DNA from: Macrostomum lignano | Taxonomy: Eukaryota | Length of the DNA stretch: 64,000 nucleotides | Assembly: GCA_002269645.1 (NCBI GenBank) | Contig: NIVC01001599.1 | Coordinates: forward strand, 18,813-82,812 | Reading direction: 5' to 3' | Notes under the pieces: model-generated | Databases searched by the model: none | Told to the model about the DNA's origin: nothing | What the model saw: the letters and a program-made list of their open reading frames with translations, nothing else | Translations under genes and position numbers: made by a program | Shown: piece by piece, positions 51,030-64,000 of the stretch | Layout: the number at the start of each line of letters is the position of its first letter | Numbering within the stretch: position 1 is the first letter of the stretch

Positions 51030-51360
51030 AGATTTTAGAGATCTCAAATCTCAGGGATAAGATTCTAGGATCTCAATCTCTCTCAAGACTCTAGCATGAG
51101 ATCATAGAATCTCAATCTCAGTGATGAGATCATAGAATCTCAATCTCAGGGATGAGATCATAGAATCTCAATCTCAGGGATGAGATCATAGAATCTCAAT
51201 CTCAGTGATGAGATCATAGAATCTCAATCTCAGTGATGAGATCATAGAATCTCAATCTCAGGGATGAGATCATAGAATCTCAATCTCAGGGATGAGATCA
51301 TAGAATCTCAATCTCAGTGATGAGATCATAGAATCTCAATCTCAGGGATGAGATCAAAGA
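51030..51360. repeat. 28-bp minisatellite (GATGAGATCATAGAATCTCAATCTCAG[G/T])
   Basis: Seen directly; related array at 54020-54490. Confidence 0.9.
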
Positions 51361-51460
51361 ATCTCCAGACCCAAAAGCCGCTGCAGTGCGGCGATCTCAA
51401 CCAGCTCCGATCTCTTCAGCCCGCAGCCCTGCCGGCCACCAAAGTGGCTCAGCAGTCTCC

Positions 51461-52093
51461 ATGTTCACCTCTCCGCGCCAGCTGGTCCGCCAGTCCGGCC
51501 CCTACGCTATCGGCCGCCTCGCCTACCTGCGCCAGCTCGTGTCCGAGTTCCGCCGCTCGGCCGGCCAGCCCGGCGACTCGGACAGCCGACGGCAGGTGCT
51601 GGCCAACCTGGCCAACTTCGCCTACGACCCCGTCAACTTCGATTTCCTCCGCCATCTCAACGTCGTGCCCGGCCTGCTGATGGAGTGCGCAGCCTCCCAG
51701 GCAGCCGCCCCGGACGCTGAGGAGCTGCGCCGATTTGCCTTGGCCGGCATCGCCAACTGCTGTCCGGACCCGGACAATGCCCGCCTGCTGTTGGCGGCCG
51801 GCCTGCTGCCCTGCCTGCGCCAACTCGTCATGGAGCCGCGGCAGCTCCGCGATGCCAGTGATGAGGCTTGGGAGATGCTGCGGCTCAGCCTGACCGTGCT
51901 GGCCCAGCTGGTCGTGTCCGAGAGCGGCCGAGAAGCGGCGGCTTCGGCGGCTGTCGTCGGCGATGCCGAGCTCTGCCAGAGGCTGCGCGACTTGCTGACG
52001 GCGGGCGCCGGCGACGACACGACCGGCGGGTGCAGCGGGCGGCTGGTGTCCAACCTGGCCAGGGTCATCTGCATAGAGCTGGGCGTGGGCTGA
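51461..52093 (+). CDS. ARMC7: Armadillo repeat-containing protein 7, 210 aa, intronless
   Basis: MFTS..GPYAIGRLAYLRQLVSEF, QVLANLANFAYDPVNFDFLRHLNV, FALAGIANCC.D. Confidence 0.9.
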   Translation: MFTSPRQLVRQSGPYAIGRLAYLRQLVSEFRRSAGQPGDSDSRRQVLANLANFAYDPVNFDFLRHLNVVPGLLMECAASQAAAPDAEELRRFALAGIANCCPDPDNARLLLAAGLLPCLRQLVMEPRQLRDASDEAWEMLRLSLTVLAQLVVSESGREAAASAAVVGDAELCQRLRDLLTAGAGDDTTGGCSGRLVSNLARVICIELGVG

Positions 52094-52139
52094 CGTCCGG
52101 CTGCTGCTGCTGGCGCACCATGCCTCTCTCTTCCTAATG

Positions 52140-53575
52140 GTGCTTCAATGGCGCCCTTAATGACCCCCTGAGCTTCAATGGCGCCCCCAATAACCGTCGG
52201 CGCTTCACTGGCGCCCCAATGACCCTCGGCGCTTAAATGTCGCCCCAATGACCCTCGGCACTTCAATGACGCCCCCAATGATCCTCGGCGGTTCAATGGC
52301 GCCCCAATGACCCTCGGGGCTTCACTGGCGCTCTCTATGACCCTCGGCGGTTCAATGGCGCTCCTAATGACCCCCCGAGCTTCACCGGCGCCCCCAATGA
52401 CCCCCCGAGCTTCACTGGCGCCCTCAATGACCCCCGAGCTTCACTGGCGCCCCCAATGACCCCCGAGCTTCACTGGCGCCCCCAATGACATCCCGAGCTT
52501 CACTGGGCCACCAATGACCCTCGGCGCTTCAATGGCGCCCCAATGACTCTCGGCGCTTCAATGGCGCCCCCAATGACCCTCGAAGCTTAGATGGCGCCCC
52601 CAATGACCCTCGGGGGCTTCACTGGCGCTCTCTACGACCCTCGGCGGTTCAATGGCGCTCTTAATGACCCCCCGAGCTTCACTGGCGCCCCCAATGACCC
52701 CCCGAGCTTCACTGGCGCCCCCAATGACCCTCGGCGCTTCAATGGCGCCCCAATGACCCTCGGCGCTTCACTGGCGCCCCCAATGACCCTCGGCACTTCA
52801 ATGGCGCCCCAATGACTCTCGGCACTTCAATGGCGCTCCCTATGACCCTCGGCGGTTCAATGGCGCCCCAATGACCCTCGGGGGCTTCACTGGCGCCCCC
52901 AATGACCCTCGGCACTTCAATGACGCCCCCAATGATCCTCGGCGGTTCAATGGCGCCCCAATGACCCTCGGGGCTTCACTGGCGCCCCCAATGACCCTCG
53001 GCACTTCAATGACGCCCCCAATGATCCTCGGCGGTTCAATGGCGCTTCTAATGACCCCCCGAGCTTCACCGGCGCCCCCAATGACCCCCCGAGCTTCACT
53101 GGCGCCCCCAATGACCCCCCGAGCTTCACTGGCGCCCTCAATGACCCCCGAGCTTCACTGGCGCCCCCAATGACCCCCGAGCTTCACTGGCGCCCCCAAT
53201 GACATCCCGAGCTTCACTGGGCCACCAATGACCCTCGGCGCTTCAATGGCGCCCCAATGACTCTCGGCGCTTCAATGGCGCCCCCAATGACCCTCGAAGC
53301 TTAGATGGCGCCCCCAATGACCCTCGGCGCTTCAATGACGCCCTCAATGACTCGATCGGCACTTCAATGGCGCCCCCAATGATCCTCGGAGCTTCAATGG
53401 CGCTCCCAATGACCCCCCGAGCTTCAATGGCGCCCCCAATGACCCCCCGAGCTTCACTGGCGCCCCAATGACCCCCGAACTTCAATGGCGTCCCCAATGA
53501 CCCCCGAGCTTCAATGGCGCCCCAATGACCCCCGAGCTTCACTGGCGCCCCCAATGACCCTCGGAGTTTCACTGG
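52140..53575. repeat. About 30-bp GC-rich minisatellite (GGCGCCCCCAATGACCC..GAGCTTCACT)
   Basis: Seen directly. Confidence 0.93.
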
Positions 53576-54019
53576 CGGCAGGAGATAATTGGACGATCAG
53601 AATAATCCTGCTTAATATTTACTCAACCAAAATTCGCGCACTCAACGTGTACTGCCTGTTTGCTTGCCTGCTGTCATGTCTTTCCGAGTCTTGCAAATAC
53701 ATCTGTCTTAGCATTTTTCTGTCTAAAGCTGGCGAAATGACAAATCATATTCTGCAGCAGATTTGCTTTTTGGATTTTTTTCTTTCGTATCAAATCGTTG
53801 CATGAAAATCTTATAAGAGATTTTTTATAAAATCTGGGATATTTATTGGCAGATGGCGTCTTTAGGCCGAGAAGATTTGGATTCTGTAAGTGGCAGACAC
53901 TTTGCACCCGAGTCAGTGCTGGGGTCCTTGATTCTCTTCCATTTAGTATGAAATTCTCTAAATCTGTGCTCCTAATCTTAGGGTAGGATTTTGGTGTTTC
54001 AATATCTCAGAATAATATT

Positions 54020-54490
54020 TGATAATAGGATCCCAATCTCAGGGATGAGACTATAGGATGTCAAGCTCAAGGATGAGATTATGAGATCTCAAGCTCAGCG
54101 ATGAGATTATGGGATCTCAAGCTCAGGATGAGATTATGAGATCTCAAGCTCAGCGATGAGATTATGGGATCTCAGCCTCGGCGATGAGATTATGAGATTT
54201 CAAGCTCAGGGATGGGATTATGGGATCTGAATCTCAGGGATGAGATTATGGGATCTCAATCTCAGGTATGAGACTATAGGATCTCAATCTCAGGCATGAA
54301 ATTCTGGACATCTCAATCTCAGGTATGAGATTATAGGATCTCAACCTCAGCGATGAGATTATGGGATCTCAATCTCAGGATGAGATTTCAAGCTCAGGGA
54401 TGATATTGTAGGATCTCAATCTCAGGGATGAGATTATGGGATCTCAAGCTCGGGCATGATATTATGGGATCTCAAACCCGGGCATGCTAT
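54020..54490. repeat. Degenerate 28-bp repeat related to 51030-51360
   Basis: GGGATGAGATTATGGGATCTCAATCTCA-type units. Confidence 0.8.
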
Positions 54491-54854
54491 TATTTCGAAA
54501 AATTCATGAAAACTTTTTACCTTCATTTTTGTCCTTCAAAGCCAGCCACTATCAACGATTACGTGCTGCCGAAATGTGCAGAATTCACTGGCTGGCAACA
54601 GTAATTTAGTTGTGCGAACTCTTAGTCTAATTGAAGAATGAATTTGCGCAGCAAGTGGCTTGCTTCCTTTGTCCACGATTTTCGTAATTAACCCGCCAAG
54701 ATGGCGCTTGCTGTGCCGCAAGTTTTTTGGGGCCATTTATCACCTGCTGCGGTTGCTGCGCAAATTCTAGGGGGAAGCGCAAATTGCAGCAAACTTCTTT
54801 GGGCCATTTTCCCGCTATTTAGGGAGGCGGTGCTGCGGCTGCTGAGGTGACTAT

Positions 54855-55750
<896 letters not shown>

Positions 55751-56199
55751 CATCTCTCTTTGAAGCCACACGGCCACCCAGCATTCTGCAGTCCCGTACA
55801 CAGACAGTGGAATTGCAGCAACTCTTACTGTTGGAATTGGCCAATAAATTTGAGCTTTTTGGAAACTAAATAAAGCGTTTCCTCTTACTTAAACATGCGG
55901 GTGCTTCTCTTACAAAAAGGCCAGCTTTGTCAGCAGACCCGGCCTCCTCAATAAAGAACCTCCTGACCCTGAAGCCCGCGCACTCGTGCCGCACGGCCAT
56001 CTCCCTCATCAGGCCCAGCCCTGCAAACTTTCTGTTCCTCCATCCCCTGTTGCTTATGCAGCAGCAGCAGAGGACCTTCAGCAGCAGAAGTCGCCCCACG
56101 AGATGGCTTATCCCTACGCTAGGCGGTATCCTGTGTCAGCCTGGGGGTTGCCGCTGAACTTCTTCTGGGACTCTGACAACTCCAGACCAACTGTTTCCA

Positions 56200-56206
56200 T
56201 CTTTCA

Positions 56207-56261
<55 letters not shown>

Positions 56262-56960
56262 CAGCGATTGTCCAGGTAACAAAGTTTAGTAGAAATCGGC
56301 ATCCTGTTTGGCCTTCGTTGCGGAGTTTCAACTAAATCTCGGCCGGCGGTTGTCCTGCACTTTCGAAATTTTATTTTTTTAATTAGAAAATGACCTAATG
56401 ATTGGTTGCTATGGGGTCTGCCGAGGCGCTGTTGTCGAGCGTTAAAATAGCCGTGTGCCAATTAGAAGCAAAGGCAGGTCTAGTTTGAAAAGTTCTGGAG
56501 AAAATATTAATTTTTTCAAGGTGCAACTTATAGATTAGAGAAAGGTTAGAGACTGAGAGATTAGACAGACATTCAGAGAGATTATGGGCTGGGAGAGATT
56601 AGAGACTGAGAGATTAGATATTGAGGGAGCTTGGCGGCTGAGAGAGATTAGACACTGAGAGATTAGCCACTGAGAGAGATTAGACACTGAGATATTAGAC
56701 ACTGAGAGAGGTTTGAGACACAGATTAGAGACTGAGAGATTAGAGACAGGGAGATTAGAGACTGAGAGGTTAGAGACAGAGAGTTTAGAGACAGATTAGA
56801 GACTGAAAGAGAATAGAGACTGAGAGACATCAGAGACTGAGAGACATCAGAGACTGAGAGATTGGAGACTGAGAGACATCAGAGACTAAGAGATAAGAAA
56901 CTGGGAGAGATCAGAGACTGAGAGATTAGAAACTGACAGAGATTTGAGACTGAGACAATA
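56200..56960. repeat. (CT)n tract (about 56200-56258) and degenerate GAGAGATTAGAGACT repeats (about 56530-56960)
   Basis: Seen directly. Confidence 0.8.
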
Positions 56961-57499
56961 GTCTAGTGGAATATATACTGAAATATCAGGAATTTTATGA
57001 GACACGATAGAGACATTGGAGTCGTGGAGTGACTACGATCGGAGTTCATTAGACTTTTGATTCGAAAAGCGCCACAGATGCTAGCGGGGACCGAATCTGC
57101 TGTTTCATACGTCAGACGTACCGGTACTAATGGAGCCGGGAGGCATGTAAATGTACTGCGCGTTTTCATAAGCAGATTTTTCAGAATGCGTTCAATCTAA
57201 TCAGGTTTTGCCACAGACAACTGGAGAGAACATGAGAGATCTGTCAACTTTCTTTAATGCTTCATTTGTCTTCGCCAGTTGACAAAATTTATCAGCCGAT
57301 AAATTCGGCCATTTTCAAAGTAACGTTTATGGCTGAAAGGCAAGTTAATGAATCAAAATAAAACCGGCTTCACCTTCTCATCGATCGTTGGCATTCTATC
57401 TATGGGTTCGATGTTCTGCTTGACTGGCTTCCTAGCACAGGTTCTGTGAGCATCAATTGTAGATGGGCCACTCCAGCCGCCTGGAGCTGCACCATCGAC

Positions 57500-58150
57500 C
57501 AGGGGTCGGCAAACTCCGGCCCGCGAAGCCATCGGTCCTTGGAACTGCACAATAGCAATCCGGCCCGCTTAAGGTTTGTGTCTCTTCTCTGCTCTCCTCT
57601 CTAATCACCTATTTTCTCTCCTCTCTCCTCTCCTCTCTCTTCTCCCCTCACCTCTCCTCTCCTCTCTCCTCTCCTCTCTCTTCTCCCCTCACCTCTCCTC
57701 TCCTCTCTCCTCTCCTCTCTCTTCTCCTTTCCTCTCTCCTCTCTCCTCTCCTCTCTCCTCTCCTCTCTCTTCTCCTCTCTCCTCTCCTCTCTCTTCTCCT
57801 CTCTCCTCTCCTCTCCTCTCCTTTCCTCTCCTTTCCTCTCCTCTCCTCTCATCTCATCTCCTCTCCTCTCCTCTCTTCTCCTCTCCTCTCTCCTCTCCTC
57901 TCTCCTCTCCTCTCCTTTCCTCTCCTCTCCTCTCCTTTCCTCTCCTCTCCTCTCCTCTCCTCTCCTCTCCTCTCCTCTCTCTCCTCTTCTCTCCACTCTC
58001 CTCTTCTCTTCACCCTTCTCATTTTCCTCTAGCCTCTCCTTTCTTTTATCTCTCTTCTCTGTTCCCTTTCCTCTACCCCCCCCCCTCTAGTCCGCAGTCA
58101 TACTTTAGGTTCTCTGTCTGGCCCTTGGGGTAAAAGTTTCCTGACCCCTG
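57500..58150. mobile_element. hAT (Charlie-like) non-autonomous element containing an expanded (CTCTC)n tract
   Basis: TIR CAGGGGTCGGCAAAC / GTTTCCTGACCCCTG; 8-bp TSD CCATCGAC / CCATAGAC (7/8 match). Confidence 0.85.
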
Positions 58151-58652
58151 CCATAGACTGTAGCTTTTGCTGCTCTGAAGCGCTAGCAGCAGCTGGTGTC
58201 TGTGGCCCAATCCCAGGGCCTCGGAGACGGCCGCTAAATACTTCGGCTGTCCGAAAAGTCGTGAGAATGTGTCAATTAGGCAAGAAAGAACCAGTTAATT
58301 AGCTGTTGGCATGGCGCACATATAATTTCAATAATAGACTCGTATATGTCTATGGTAAAAATTATTGGGGGCAGGGGCGAGCTTAATATTAATTTCTCAG
58401 TATCCAACAGTCTCCGAGACCTCGCTGACTTTTTGGAAGTTGAAAAATCAACAGTGCAGGAAGTATTTGCACCTTAATCTGGGTTCCGCATGCCCTATCC
58501 GAGGAGAACAATACTGCATGCTCGCATCAATTGTGCCAAGCAAATTTGCAGGCTTCTTTACAACGAGGGCATGGAAAACCGGATATCCGGAACCTGTGCT
58601 TCCCAGTGCTTAGAACTGAAACTGGGTGTTCAAATACAGCAATATGGATGTC

Positions 58653-63012
<4,360 letters not shown>

Positions 63013-63089
63013 CGGGGTTGCAGGTTGGGCTTCTGCGCTTGAAAGCTTATACTGCATATATTTACATCGGGCCGTGTCTAGTCATATTC

Positions 63090-63450
63090 TAATCCACATC
63101 TAATCACACTCTAATCTGCATCAAGTACACTTCAATCTGCATCTAGTAACACTCTAATCTTCATCTAGTAACACTCTAGTCTGCGTCTAGTCACACTATA
63201 TCTAATCTGCATCTAATCACACTCTTATCCTCATCTAGTCACACTATATCTAATATGCATCAAGTCACACTCTAATCTGCATCTAGTCACACTCTAATCT
63301 GCATCTAGTCACCTCTAATCGCATCTAGTCACACTCTAGCCTGCGTCTAGTCACACTATATCTAATATGCATCAAGTCACACTCTAATCTGCATCTAGTC
63401 TCACTATTTTAATCCGCATCTAGTCACACTCTAATCTACAGTCTAATCAC
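63090..63450. repeat. About 22-bp degenerate minisatellite (ATCTAGTCACACTCTAATCTGC)
   Basis: Seen directly. Confidence 0.85.
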
Positions 63451-64000
63451 ACTGCATTCCAGTGGATCTGGTGTCTGGTCCCATCCATAGCCTGAACTGT
63501 ATGAGCTACCAAAAATTCCGCAAACTGCAACATCCGATCTACAGGCAGCAGCTGGAGCACAGAGTCATTGGGTTACTCACGAGTGGACTCAATCATCTCG
63601 TATTTCTGCAGACGATTAGAAATTATCCCAACTGACTCTGTCTCAGAGTCCATGGCGCTGACATTGGAATATTATTGCTGAGCTGGTGGGACTGTCCAAT
63701 TTTTTCTGGGATTGGAATTCCCAGTTTTTTGGTCGGGGAAATTTATCCACCAATTTTTAAACGTTTCGGTTGGTTGGACACTTGCCATTGGGCATGGGGG
63801 GGCTGGCTCTGTCCTCGCCAGTTTTAAAACCAATAGAAAAGTCTTGCCAAGTCCCACACGAATATTCATGCCTATGTACTGTACTGGTACAATGCAATCC
63901 TTTGTGCATCTATCTACCTTTATTGATTCTTTATCCAGTCTTCACCCAGTCTTCATCCAGTCTTCATCCGTCTTTATCCAGTATTTATCCGGTCTTTATC

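Noticed and set aside
55920-56200. GC-richer open frame that could be an exon
   Set aside because: No recognisable homology and no clear donor or partner exon

Overview
Eukaryotic (animal) genomic DNA. Short GC-rich exons sit among locus-specific mini/microsatellite arrays and AT-rich TE-derived DNA. This architecture and gene set suggest a free-living flatworm such as Macrostomum; that is inference, not proven. I reconstructed 11 host genes by hand with GT-AG junctions: NR2C2AP, a small secreted single-WSC-domain protein, DNAJB6-like, a Sex-lethal-like 2xRRM gene, ORC2, two tandem USP paralogs, NCLX/SLC8B1, ATG10, ARMC7 and a DEG/ENaC channel. The Sxl-like and DEG/ENaC genes carry frameshifts (assembly indels or pseudogenisation). 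Mobile DNA includes an IS630/Tc1-type transposon with 327-bp TIRs, a 5'-truncated RTE-like LINE, tRNA-derived SINEs (one CORE-type family) and several MITEs. Top observations: (1) a 387-bp non-coding retroelement nested antisense in the LINE, whose 5' end is a complete HDV-like ribozyme fold; (2) a shared CAG|CC(AA) acceptor-like motif just upstream of the ATG in seven genes, a candidate trans-splice site in a possible operon; (3) an AT-rich domain with RIP-like CpA/TpG->TpA decay and a TAGGCCTA cluster; (4) 10 of 13 introns filled with tandem repeats. All coordinates and counts were read by eye; repeat-array boundaries are approximate.
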